NCBI GenBank assembly: GCA_900317295.1 | Contig: ONGB01000005.1 | Span: 340 to 64,339, forward strand | DNA from: an uncultured Erysipelotrichaceae bacterium | GTDB taxonomy: Bacteria; Bacillota_I; Bacilli_A; RFN20; CAG-826 | DNA: 64,000 nt | Direction of reading: 5' to 3' | Part shown: positions 1-8,315 of the stretch, in pieces | How positions within the stretch are numbered: position 1 is the first letter of the stretch | Layout: each line of letters starts with the position of its first letter | Notes under the pieces: model-generated | Told to the model about the DNA's origin: nothing | Seen by the model: the letters and a program-made list of their open reading frames with translations, nothing else | Database searches by the model: none | Made by a program: the position numbers and the translations under genes

Positions 1-917
1 GGATAATATAAAGGGAGGCCGAGAGATACGCCAAATATGGCATATACGCAAACGGCAATAGCGCATGGCAAAATAACCGCAAGAGCCCAAAAGGCAGCGC
101 ATTCTCGAAACAAATAACGCTTTTTCGTTGAAAAAAGGTATTGAATAGACCAATTTCGGCGCTGCGAGGCAGACAAGAAACGCGCGAGCACCATCATCAT
201 CGGCAGTAAAACTGTGATAGGAACAAACGAGAGCGTGCGGATAGTTGACAGGTACGATTCCATGCTCTCCGCATAATTTGCTTTGATGTTCCTTCCAATG
301 CTCGTTTTCTCGAACAAAGACGCTTGTAAAGCATCATCGCATTCGAAGCAGCATGTCAAATACGTCGCCTTAGAAAACAAACTCTCGTCAGTCACGAACA
401 CCAAAACGCGATCTATGGCCGGAGCATCATCAAACGGAGATAAATGCGGAAGCATAGACTCTAATTGACCACCATATCGATACTCAGAAAAGCCCAATGG
501 GCCAGAGTCGTTTTCGGAATTATTGAAGCCGATGGAATAAAAACATCCCGCTTCTGGCGAAAACGAACCCGGAAGCGAAAAGAAAGAACCTTCCAAATAG
601 GGTGCGCCAAAACGCCGGACATCGAACGAGGAATAGATCGCAAGATAATACCCTTTCTCATCGGACCGGACCTCGGATAAAAAAGTCGCAACATGGTCAG
701 GAGAAAAATGCGATTTCGTATCAGCGTAGTCTTCCTCATCCATCACTACATAAGCGACATCATCAAGCAAAAAGTCATATTTGTTCGTTTGCTTGCGCCC
801 ATACCCCGTAATCAAAGAAGAGGAAAAGGGCAAAATAAAAACCGACAAAAAAACGAACAATATTATGGGAAGACCTACACGCTTATTTGAAAACAGTTGT
901 TTGAATGCCTGCTTCAT
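1..917 (-). CDS. ABC transporter permease, FtsX/MacB-like (3' end cut by window edge)
   Basis: My own translation of the minus strand gives ATG at 917, open to position 1. It is absent from the ORF track because no stop lies in the window. MKQAFKQLFSNKRVGLPIILFVFLSVFILPF has an N-terminal TM helix, then about 230 aa of soluble-looking domain, then TM helices (LSFVPITVLLPMMMVLARFL, FWALAVILPCAIAVCVYAIFGVSLGL). It starts 4 nt after the stop of 921..1733. Confidence 0.55.
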   Translation of the reverse strand, partial: MKQAFKQLFSNKRVGLPIILFVFLSVFILPFSSSLITGYGRKQTNKYDFLLDDVAYVVMDEEDYADTKSHFSPDHVATFLSEVRSDEKGYYLAIYSSFDVRRFGAPYLEGSFFSLPGSFSPEAGCFYSIGFNNSENDSGPLGFSEYRYGGQLESMLPHLSPFDDAPAIDRVLVFVTDESLFSKATYLTCCFECDDALQASLFEKTSIGRNIKANYAESMESYLSTIRTLSFVPITVLLPMMMVLARFLSASQRRNWSIQYLFSTKKRYLFRECAAFWALAVILPCAIAVCVYAIFGVSLGLPLYY

Positions 918-920
918 TCC

Positions 921-1733
921 TCAATAGTTTCTATCAGGTGCAGATCCGAACGCACCATTCGAGAAAATATACGTGTTATAGGTGTATGTGTAAGCTCGGA
1001 AGGTAAACGTTTGCCACGCCACGGTATCATAAGTTCCCCACCACCAATATTCCTCTTCTTTGATTCGCGCAGTGGCTTCGAAAAAATCGCCAACCAAGCA
1101 ACCGCCAATCGTGCCACCGGAAGGGACGTTCTGAAGATCGGAAATATTGTATGTTACTGTTGTGCTCAAACTCGACGAATAGGACTCGGAATAAGAAGTG
1201 GTGAGGCCATAAGAAAAGGAAAGTTGGCTTGCGAGGCTGTTTGAAAGCGTTGCGCCGGAAACATTAACTCCAACCGATAGAGTCCTCTCACCGGAGATAG
1301 TAATCTGATAGGAAGTCGATACAGAGTTGGTTTTCGTAAAACCGTTGGTATTCGTAAAAGAAATGGATGAAAGTCCGTTCAGGCTGTATTTCGGACTCGT
1401 TTCCATAATGACTTCGTCAAAATGAAAGGAGACGGTGTGTTCGATTACCTCAACGACATGTCTGTGTTCAATCAAGCCGCCGACCCTCCATTTCTTCCCC
1501 CCTGTTCGCGAGCCGTTGTAGATTGTGTAATATTGGTCACGCAATGAAAGCGGAATGTTCGCTGAAGGAACAACGGAATTCTTTCTCTGAAGTATAAAAG
1601 GCGAAACCTGAGCTCCATCGTTGAATGTTCCCGATGACACCGGGCAAATGGATAAAACGATAATTTGCCCCAAGAATAAAGCGTTTTTCACAATGAGTAT
1701 AATATATACTCGGAAGGCAAGCCTGAACAGCAT
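921..1733 (-). CDS. secreted beta-rich Ser/Thr/Tyr-rich protein; paralog of 6572..7408
   Basis: 270-aa ORF with a hydrophobic N-terminus (IILIVKNALFLGQIIVLSIC). The S/T-rich block LSFSYGLTTSYSESYSSSLSTTVTYNISDLQNVPSGGTIGGCLVGDFF aligns by eye with LGFSHSFGYSYTSTKERSISDTITWNIDQVPNGKDFTIGLVGTYYV of the 6572 ORF. Confidence 0.6.
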   Translation of the reverse strand: MLFRLAFRVYIILIVKNALFLGQIIVLSICPVSSGTFNDGAQVSPFILQRKNSVVPSANIPLSLRDQYYTIYNGSRTGGKKWRVGGLIEHRHVVEVIEHTVSFHFDEVIMETSPKYSLNGLSSISFTNTNGFTKTNSVSTSYQITISGERTLSVGVNVSGATLSNSLASQLSFSYGLTTSYSESYSSSLSTTVTYNISDLQNVPSGGTIGGCLVGDFFEATARIKEEEYWWWGTYDTVAWQTFTFRAYTYTYNTYIFSNGAFGSAPDRNY

Positions 1734-1861
1734 TTTATCCTGAACACACCAGCAATGATGTTGTTACTTGACTGAGTGATTGCAACAGCCCGGCCACCCT
1801 GGCCCTCTTTTTTCTTCTTTTCCCTCTTTTTTTGGCTATCATGTCCTTCCCCGCCGCCCCA

Positions 1862-2470
1862 ACGCAAAGAAAGGACAAAGAGCAAACGAAAGAGAAAAAA
1901 GAGGCTGGGGCACGACGACAGGATCAACCTCCAGGCCGCCATCGCCAAGGGGCTGACCCTGGCCCAGGCCGCGAAGCTGCTGGGCAAATCCAGATCCGCG
2001 GTCTACTGGGAGATCGGCGACAACACCACGGCCAAGGACTGCAGGCACACGTGCTCCCACTGCCGCAAATCCTGTCCCGAGGCCGCCCTTCCAACGCGGG
2101 CGCTGCCCGCTGTTTGAGGCCCGCGGATGCGAGAGGTGGAAGGCCTGGCCCTGCTGCTGCAACGGATGCCCCGAAAGGCAATACTGCGCGGACCGGAAGC
2201 GCTTCTACGGCATTAATCTCAACGGGGCGAACAAATCGCAGGTCAGCAACAGCCGAACTCCAACGTTTCCTCGGCCTCGTCTACAGGGTCATGGGGTCCG
2301 GCTCCGCGGTCGTCAGCCGGATAGCCCATCTCGATAAACGTGACCGAAAATGGACTGGGGCATCCCTCGCCTCCGCGGATCCGTCGCCAATAGAATCTTC
2401 GACTCTGGCGCCCCGCCTAATTATAATATCCAGGTTCCCCGGCTTTTGTGGCACAATCCAGCGCTAATAA
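1862..2470 (+). pseudogene. IS30-family transposase, N-terminal part only, frameshifted and truncated
   Basis: RLGHDDRINLQAAIAKGLTLAQAAKLLGKSRSAVYWEI is an HTH typical of IS30-type transposases. The Cys-rich stretch (CRHTCSHCRKSC, then CERWKAWPCCCNGCPERQYCADRKRFYG) continues only after frame changes. No DDE catalytic part follows. The segment is GC-rich compared with its flanks. Confidence 0.6.
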
Positions 2471-2521
2471 AAGCCGTAACAAACAGGAATTAAATCACAA
2501 GCCTGGTCAAAAGAAAAAAAC

Positions 2522-3166
2522 TCAGTCTTTCTTTTTGATGCCAAGTCGTTCCGAAGACAAAATAAAGAAAGCTTGAAGCCCCGTTTTGAGCTTATCGGCT
2601 TCCTCTTTCAGTTCTTCCAAATAAGATGTGTTCTTTGTCTTTCCCACCTTTTTGAATTTGCCGATTAGTTGTATTAGTAGTTCGGAAAACATACATAGAA
2701 GCAGGGCGATTGTTCTCCTTGGACAATCTAAGTTTTCCACATCCGATATTTGGAAAGGTTCCTTTGAAACGTTTTTGCTACTTGTATCAGTATTATCCGG
2801 CTGATTCTTATCCTGATTTAACTGGGCCCTTGACTCCACAATCAAATCGGCCTTTCCGCTAATGCTCGCCTTGCCACCAAACAAGGCCAAAGCATCATGA
2901 ACGGCTCGGTTTATTTCAATGGATGACACGTCGGTTCGCCCATTATCGCGCAATTCTATTGCCACTGCGAGCATCAAACTCGCGGGCTTAGAAATGTCCA
3001 TATAAATCGACATTCGGACGGAGACTTTATCTGCGACCATAGCCTGTCGGAGAGAGCATATGCCTATAATCAACGCCAAAAGAGCCAAAAAAGCGGAAGC
3101 AATGGATACCCATAAACTCGGATCGCTTAAGACTGCGCCGCAAAAAGAAAGAAGCATAAAAGCCAT
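2522..3166 (-). CDS. hypothetical membrane-anchored protein
   Basis: 214-aa ORF with N-terminal hydrophobic helices (MAFMLLSFCGAVL, WVSIASAFLALLALIIGICSL) followed by a soluble part. Low-GC codon usage. No family recognised. Confidence 0.5.
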   Translation of the reverse strand: MAFMLLSFCGAVLSDPSLWVSIASAFLALLALIIGICSLRQAMVADKVSVRMSIYMDISKPASLMLAVAIELRDNGRTDVSSIEINRAVHDALALFGGKASISGKADLIVESRAQLNQDKNQPDNTDTSSKNVSKEPFQISDVENLDCPRRTIALLLCMFSELLIQLIGKFKKVGKTKNTSYLEELKEEADKLKTGLQAFFILSSERLGIKKKD

Positions 3167-3172
3167 GGTTAA

Positions 3173-3385
3173 CTATTTTTTCTTTTTGGTTGGATCGGGG
3201 CGCGGAAAAGGAGCATCACTGGGATCGACGCTATGATCGTGGATGCTTCTACTCGGAATGTGTGATTCATTCAATGGACGCCTGTTCGGGTTAACGGGGA
3301 CTTCCGGAGGGCGTTTCGTGTTAGGCGTTCTTTTATTTGCGGAATTTGCAACCATGTTTGTTCGGTTTTCTTGTCTTGTGCTCAT
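3173..3385 (-). CDS. hypothetical small basic Pro-rich protein
   Basis: 70-aa ORF ending 7 nt before the start of 2522..3166. The sequence is low-complexity (P/N/R/K rich), so its coding status is uncertain. Confidence 0.3.
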   Translation of the reverse strand: MSTRQENRTNMVANSANKRTPNTKRPPEVPVNPNRRPLNESHIPSRSIHDHSVDPSDAPFPRPDPTKKKK

Positions 3386-3532
3386 ATCGTGCTCCTAAGA
3401 ATGCTAGATTATAGGCGGCATAGCTATGCAAAATGATTTAGTTCTTCGATTTAATAATTATCGATTTCCCTTTATGTTTTGTAAACGGGTAGACTCTCTT
3501 ACTGGGCTTGGGGGTTCATCCGTATTCCCGTT

Positions 3533-3565
3533 TTTGGGATTTAACACCTTAAAGTTTGGGATTTA
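3533..3565. promoter_or_regulatory. direct repeat TTTGGGATTTA x2 in a divergent intergenic region
   Basis: Identical 11-mers at 3533-3543 and 3555-3565, spaced 22 bp start to start. They lie about 90 bp upstream of the 3652 start. Confidence 0.3.
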
Positions 3566-3651
3566 GGGTTTCCAAGTAGCAAGTTATTAACATACGTAAG
3601 AAGGCTTGAGTACTGTTTACACACGGGGAGCAACGAACATAATAGTGACAT

Positions 3652-5058
3652 ATGAATAGTTTTTCTTTAAGCCAGTTTTCCCGGCACTACTGCAAAAGGA
3701 AGGGCCTGGGTTCCTTCTCCTTATATTTCGAAAGCGACGGAGAAGAGTTGATAGCTCACAAAATATATTTTGATCCAGTGACATTTTTGGATTTCATCCG
3801 AGATGTGCCGAACGCAAGACTAAACCTTCGAGATGTTCCTCAAATAGTTGCACCAATCGAACTTCGAAATGCCATCATTCAGGCAACCCGCGACAAAGTG
3901 ATTAGAGATGATACCGTCAACGAAAAAATACAGCAATTTATGGCGGTGCACGGCGATAGCCTTGAGACTAACGAGAGATTGCTTTACTTTGCCCAAGGAG
4001 AAAAAGCCGATCGTGCCGAAGAACTGGCGGATAGTCTTAACGAGATATTCTATGGCCTGGCATTTGATTCCAAATCGCGCAGTAATACCCGAAGCGCTCT
4101 TTTCGATGATATCGAAAGGGCTTTTAGCCTGTACGAAGAGGCGGCGAAAGACCCCAAGATTCTTCAAAGTCCCGTCGTTGAGGAGAATATCGATACCGAA
4201 CCAGAACAATATGAGTTTAGGATCTATTCCGTTGGGCAAGCCAATTGCTCGGCGCTGATTCGATACATCGATCAGGACAAAAAGGATTATCGAGTCATCG
4301 TGGTATTCGATTTCGGACGAGCCCGCAGAAAGAGGTCTGCCAATCCCTCCCTCCAAGAGATGATCAATAAAATCGACGACCGCACAACCATACTCATATC
4401 CCATTTTGATAACGACCACATCAACAACATTACCAACTACACGCAAAAGAAGACGGATCGTTGGTTATTCCCGCCGTGCACAAACATGCGATCGCAGAAG
4501 GCAAACTTACTCTTCTATGCTCTTTTGAAATGCGCACAACGGAAAACCAGCAACGGATCGATCAGCATCTATAAAACGCCTTTTAACCTATCTCCGCAAA
4601 TACGCATCACGCAATACAAAGGCACGAGAAAAGGAGACCCTTACCAATCGACCGTTTGCAATTCCGCCTGCCTTGTCACATCCATCCGCGCCGAACACGT
4701 TTCAATCCTTATACCTGCGGACGCTCTCTATGAGGAGTTTGATGCGAGTGTGCAAAACGAATCCTATACACACATACTCATCCCCCACCACGGCTGCTAT
4801 TATCCGCTTGCGGCATGCGGGGCAATATCCAAAATGCTTGATAGCGAAAGAGTACACGGTGTCGTCCAATGTGGAACCAATCGCTATGGCCATGCAAACG
4901 TAGAACACCTTCGCCGATATCGTGACGTGCATTATTTCTATGGGACCAAATTCTATCAAGATAGAAACACCGTCGCGAAAAAACCAAGAAATGCTCACGG
5001 TGGATATGGCGATTACTATTTTATTTCGTTTAATGGTATCAATTGTGGTTACCGTTAA
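3652..5058 (+). CDS. metallo-beta-lactamase-fold protein (ComEC C-terminal-like) with an unknown ~190-aa N-terminal region
   Basis: 468-aa ORF. MBL-like motifs occur in order: FRIYSVGQANCSALI, ILISHFDNDHINN (HxDxDH variant), NSACLV, ILIPADA, LIPHHG. The N-terminal ~190 aa match nothing I recognise. Confidence 0.7.
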   Translation: MNSFSLSQFSRHYCKRKGLGSFSLYFESDGEELIAHKIYFDPVTFLDFIRDVPNARLNLRDVPQIVAPIELRNAIIQATRDKVIRDDTVNEKIQQFMAVHGDSLETNERLLYFAQGEKADRAEELADSLNEIFYGLAFDSKSRSNTRSALFDDIERAFSLYEEAAKDPKILQSPVVEENIDTEPEQYEFRIYSVGQANCSALIRYIDQDKKDYRVIVVFDFGRARRKRSANPSLQEMINKIDDRTTILISHFDNDHINNITNYTQKKTDRWLFPPCTNMRSQKANLLFYALLKCAQRKTSNGSISIYKTPFNLSPQIRITQYKGTRKGDPYQSTVCNSACLVTSIRAEHVSILIPADALYEEFDASVQNESYTHILIPHHGCYYPLAACGAISKMLDSERVHGVVQCGTNRYGHANVEHLRRYRDVHYFYGTKFYQDRNTVAKKPRNAHGGYGDYYFISFNGINCGYR

Positions 5059-5204
5059 GGACAATCATTTCAAACATTATTCTCGTGCCGAACACCCTCA
5101 GTGGCTCTATTAACCAAAAGCGTTTTCTCGTCCTGTTAATCAGTCACATTCGCGTTCTTCTTACCGAAGAAAGGGAAGACGAGGAGGAAGGAGCATAGAT
5201 ACTA

Positions 5205-5229
5205 GAAAACCCCTCAAAGAGGGGTTTTC
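5205..5229. terminator. rho-independent terminator (bidirectional type)
   Basis: Perfect hairpin GAAAACCCCTC-AAA-GAGGGGTTTTC with flanking A/T runs, downstream of the MBL-fold gene. Confidence 0.7.
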
Positions 5230-5352
5230 ATCATTGGTTTGCTCATTACGGCTTACGCCGGCACCAATAAAGCCATACCATACTTTTTGATGCAGCAAAA
5301 ATATGGTCTACAATTAGGTGACAGTCATTAGGCAGATTTCGCAAAAAAACAA

Positions 5353-5654
5353 TTATTTCGCCACGGCGACGCGGACCGTCACGTAGTCTTTTTCCTCCTT
5401 CTTCCTTGCCCTGCCCTCCTGAACGAAGATGTAGTGCTTCCAGAACAAAGGGAAGGAATGAATTACGGAGTATTCCTCGGCGGGGTCGCCCTGCTTCCCC
5501 TGCTCGCCGAAGGACGGCTTGAATACATCGCATAACCGTTCAGATATGCCTCCAAAAGCCTCTCGTCGCTGTTTTTAATAGCCTTAATATTTACGCATAC
5601 GCATGTACTACCTTTTTCTTGTAGATGTCGTAGTATAAGCAGCCAATCATTCAA
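5353..5654 (-). pseudogene. possible degraded small gene (frameshifted)
   Basis: MNDWLLILRHLQEKGSTCVCVNIKAIKNSDERLLEAYL is in one frame. A protein-like tail, VFKPSFGEQGKQGDPAEEYSVIHSFPLFWKHYIFVQEGRARKKEEKDYVTVRVAVAK-stop, is in another frame and has no start codon of its own. Confidence 0.25.
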
Positions 5655-5679
5655 AGGGCCAAAGGGGGAGGGGAAGCGC

Positions 5680-5885
5680 CTACAAAACGTTGGCTACTGC
5701 ATTTAGATGGCAATTTTGAGATAGTGCTCTACTAAAAAATATGCAAAATCCGTGCGGTAATCGTGCGGCGAATAAACGTATCTTTGAAAAAAGTCTCAAC
5801 GGCGCCGAGACAATTTCGTTTGGCGGAGCACGATGCGGGATGGTTGAGCTCTGCTTTCTCGGCGTCTTCATCTCCATCACTTCCA
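5680..5885 (+). repeat. diverged copy of the IS30-family 3' end region (matches 9856..10075)
   Basis: Anchors ATAGTGC, CGGTAATCGTGCGG and CGATGCGGG occur with the same 34- and 76-nt spacings as at 9897/9931/10007. CGGCG..CTTCAT follows in both copies. Confidence 0.4.
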
Positions 5886-5967
5886 GCCCAAAGTGACCTC
5901 ACGCGGTTTAGGTGTGAAATCCAAATTTTCTTCGTTGGCCGATGCCCCTTCGATAATGCTTACGGAA

Positions 5968-6486
5968 TCAGCCCAAATAGAAATCAAGGAGCGCTTTGAT
6001 TTTGCCTCGGATGACCGTGGGGTCGGACAGGCGTTTGTCGACGAATGAGGTGAACGCCATATTGACGATCGCCCCGCTTAGCAGGCAGAAATCGTATCCG
6101 TCTATTTCGTAGTCGCTTTGAAACTCCCGCGCCAGCGCCTCCTTCAGGCTTTCCATGCAAAGCAGGAAGGCGTACCTCGAGGAGGCGAGGTTGCGCAACG
6201 CCTCCTTGTTCTTCTCGTTGAATGATGCGACGGCCTCGGACAGGGCCGCGGACCGGCCCTCGCGGAAGTCCAGGCTTTTGAATTCGGCCTCTATCCTATC
6301 GGCGAATATGTGGCAGAAAAAGTCGTCCTTGGTCGGGAAGTGGGAATAAAACGTCACCCTTTTCACACCGGCCTCAAGGCAGATGTCGCCGACGGCGATA
6401 TCCTCCAGCGCCCGGCCCTTAAGCAATTTGAACGCCGCTTTCGCGAGGCGCTCGTCAGTCAATCTTCTCTGTTCTTTTTTGGTCAT
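5968..6486 (-). CDS. TetR/AcrR-family transcriptional regulator
   Basis: 172-aa ORF with an N-terminal HTH (AAFKLLKGRALEDIAVGDICLEAGVKRVTFYSHFPTKDDFF). It is divergent from the 6572 gene. Confidence 0.85.
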   Translation of the reverse strand: MTKKEQRRLTDERLAKAAFKLLKGRALEDIAVGDICLEAGVKRVTFYSHFPTKDDFFCHIFADRIEAEFKSLDFREGRSAALSEAVASFNEKNKEALRNLASSRYAFLLCMESLKEALAREFQSDYEIDGYDFCLLSGAIVNMAFTSFVDKRLSDPTVIRGKIKALLDFYLG

Positions 6487-6487
6487 G

Positions 6488-6554
6488 GGATAATCATATA
6501 CAATTTATAGGTTTTGTACATTTTCTTTCGTATCCTGGATGATACAATTTCAGG
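6488..6554. promoter_or_regulatory. direct repeats in the TetR/6572 divergent intergenic region (candidate operator or promoter elements)
   Basis: GGATAATCATATACAATTTATAGG (6488-) and GGATGATACAATTTCAGG (6537-) share the ATACAATTT core at 6498-6506 and 6542-6550. Confidence 0.3.
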
Positions 6555-6571
6555 CTCTTCAGGAGGAATTT

Positions 6572-7408
6572 ATGAAAAAACGTTACTACATCACCATCTT
6601 TAGCGCCATAGCGTGCCTCACCATCGGCGCGGCATCTTGCGGCCTTCTCGCCAAAACCCCTTTGGAGGTATCGGCGCAATCATCTTATTGGAAGGACACC
6701 ACCATGAATGAGATTTCCGAATTGCCCGCTTCTTATGTCGGGCAAAGCGGGAACGGTTCCTTGAAGAAAGGGGACTCCTTTAACCGGAGAGGGGTCAGCA
6801 ATGGCGCCGTTGAAGCTGCCCAGATTGTCGCTACGGGCGGATATATCTACGACGAGTATAACTACAAGGTAAATAAAATCACCGAAATCAAAGGGGTTTA
6901 TTCCTACCAAAGCCCTTGGAAAAATAAGGACTCCGTTATCAATCTGCAGCAAAATTACACCTACGCTGAAACAGATAGTTGGTCTTTTCACAGCGACTAC
7001 AAATATGATTTCGAGACTATGAAGCAAATCGGAGCCAAACTCGGATTGGGCGACATAGGGCTTGAGGCGAAATCTTCGAACTCCCTTGGTTTCTCTCATT
7101 CGTTCGGCTACTCCTACACAAGCACAAAGGAAAGATCCATAAGCGATACCATCACCTGGAACATCGATCAGGTTCCAAACGGAAAGGATTTCACCATCGG
7201 ATTAGTTGGCACATACTATGTCGTGGATTACTCCTACAATTGGAAAACGGTTTGGTCGACCTCCTTCATGCTTTGGATTCCGGCAACCAACCAAAGGGAA
7301 AGTGGCAACGCAAAATGCATTATTGCCAATCCTGCTAATTTCACATTGACCCTTTTGGTAAAAGAAGGTAAATATGCCAGCCAGAATCTTTACAAATACC
7401 TCATCTAA
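6572..7408 (+). CDS. secreted or lipoprotein-like beta-rich protein; paralog of 921..1733
   Basis: Start moved to ATG 6572 (GGAGGA 5 nt upstream). MKKRYYITIFSAIACLTIGAASCG is a signal or lipobox-like N-terminus. The mature part is S/T/Y/N-rich. The stop lies 4 nt before the ABC ATPase start. Confidence 0.65.
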   Translation: MKKRYYITIFSAIACLTIGAASCGLLAKTPLEVSAQSSYWKDTTMNEISELPASYVGQSGNGSLKKGDSFNRRGVSNGAVEAAQIVATGGYIYDEYNYKVNKITEIKGVYSYQSPWKNKDSVINLQQNYTYAETDSWSFHSDYKYDFETMKQIGAKLGLGDIGLEAKSSNSLGFSHSFGYSYTSTKERSISDTITWNIDQVPNGKDFTIGLVGTYYVVDYSYNWKTVWSTSFMLWIPATNQRESGNAKCIIANPANFTLTLLVKEGKYASQNLYKYLI

Positions 7409-7412
7409 CCCC

Positions 7413-8315
7413 ATGGAACCGATCATCGAAGCCCGCGAAATAACAAAGCGATACCGCAAAGCAAGCGTTGTGGATGGAGCATCCATCCGCGTCCTTCCTG
7501 GACAAATCATCGGCCTCATCGGCCCAAATGGCGCCGGAAAGACCACCTTGCTCCGTCTACTTAGCGGGCTGGTCGTCCCAGATTCCGGGGAGATTTCCTA
7601 CTATGGCCAGAAGAAGGGAAAGGGCTTTGAGTCCGCCAAATCCAAGATCGCTGTCACGGCGGACGGTCCTAGCCTTTATCCGCTGCTTTCCGCCAAAGAC
7701 AACATCAAGGCCTATGCCCTAGGCCGCGGCTTCCCGATAAGCGACGACGAGGTGGAGGATGCCCTGCGCTGCGTCGGGCTAGAACCTGGTAAAAAGGTCG
7801 CGCGGAATTTTTCCATGGGCATGAAGCAACGCCTCTCCATCGCGATGGCCCTCTCCGGAGGGTGCGAGGCGATTCTTCTCGACGAGCCGTTCAACGGTCT
7901 TGACCCGATGGGCCTCAAGCAGATTGTCACGCTCATCCGGAGGATCAACGCGGAGAGGGGGATCGCCTTCCTCATCTCCAGTCACAACCTTCCCGAGCTC
8001 GAAGGGCTTTGCGAGAGCTTCGTCTTCTTGGAGAAGGGGAAGGTCAAGAAAGCTTTGTCCAAGGACGAGTTGAAGAAGAAGGAACGGCGCATCGTCTCGT
8101 TCCTGGCCAAGGACGCCGAAGGATGCCGCAGGCTCCTAAGCGAATCCTCTCTCTCCTTCGAGAGGAAGGAGGGATTCTTCCGCGTCGATTGCGACGGCGA
8201 CCCCCTCGGCCTCGTCGATTCGCTTAGGCGTGGCGGCGTTGAGATCAGCGACCTCTCCATCGAGAGGGAGGGCCTATTGAGCGTGTATTCGGAAGGGAGG
8301 GCCTACGATGAATAG
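7413..8315 (+). CDS. ABC transporter ATP-binding protein (ABC-2/DrrA-like)
   Basis: Start set at MEPIIEAREITKRY. Walker A GPNGAGKTT, signature FSMGMKQRL, Walker B ILLDEPFNGLD. Confidence 0.9.
   Translation: MEPIIEAREITKRYRKASVVDGASIRVLPGQIIGLIGPNGAGKTTLLRLLSGLVVPDSGEISYYGQKKGKGFESAKSKIAVTADGPSLYPLLSAKDNIKAYALGRGFPISDDEVEDALRCVGLEPGKKVARNFSMGMKQRLSIAMALSGGCEAILLDEPFNGLDPMGLKQIVTLIRRINAERGIAFLISSHNLPELEGLCESFVFLEKGKVKKALSKDELKKKERRIVSFLAKDAEGCRRLLSESSLSFERKEGFFRVDCDGDPLGLVDSLRRGGVEISDLSIEREGLLSVYSEGRAYDE

Noticed and set aside
1832-2467. 211-aa ORF spanning the GC-rich segment
   Set aside because: It is an out-of-frame read-through of the IS30-type transposase remnant. The recognisable HTH and Cys-rich peptides are in other frames.
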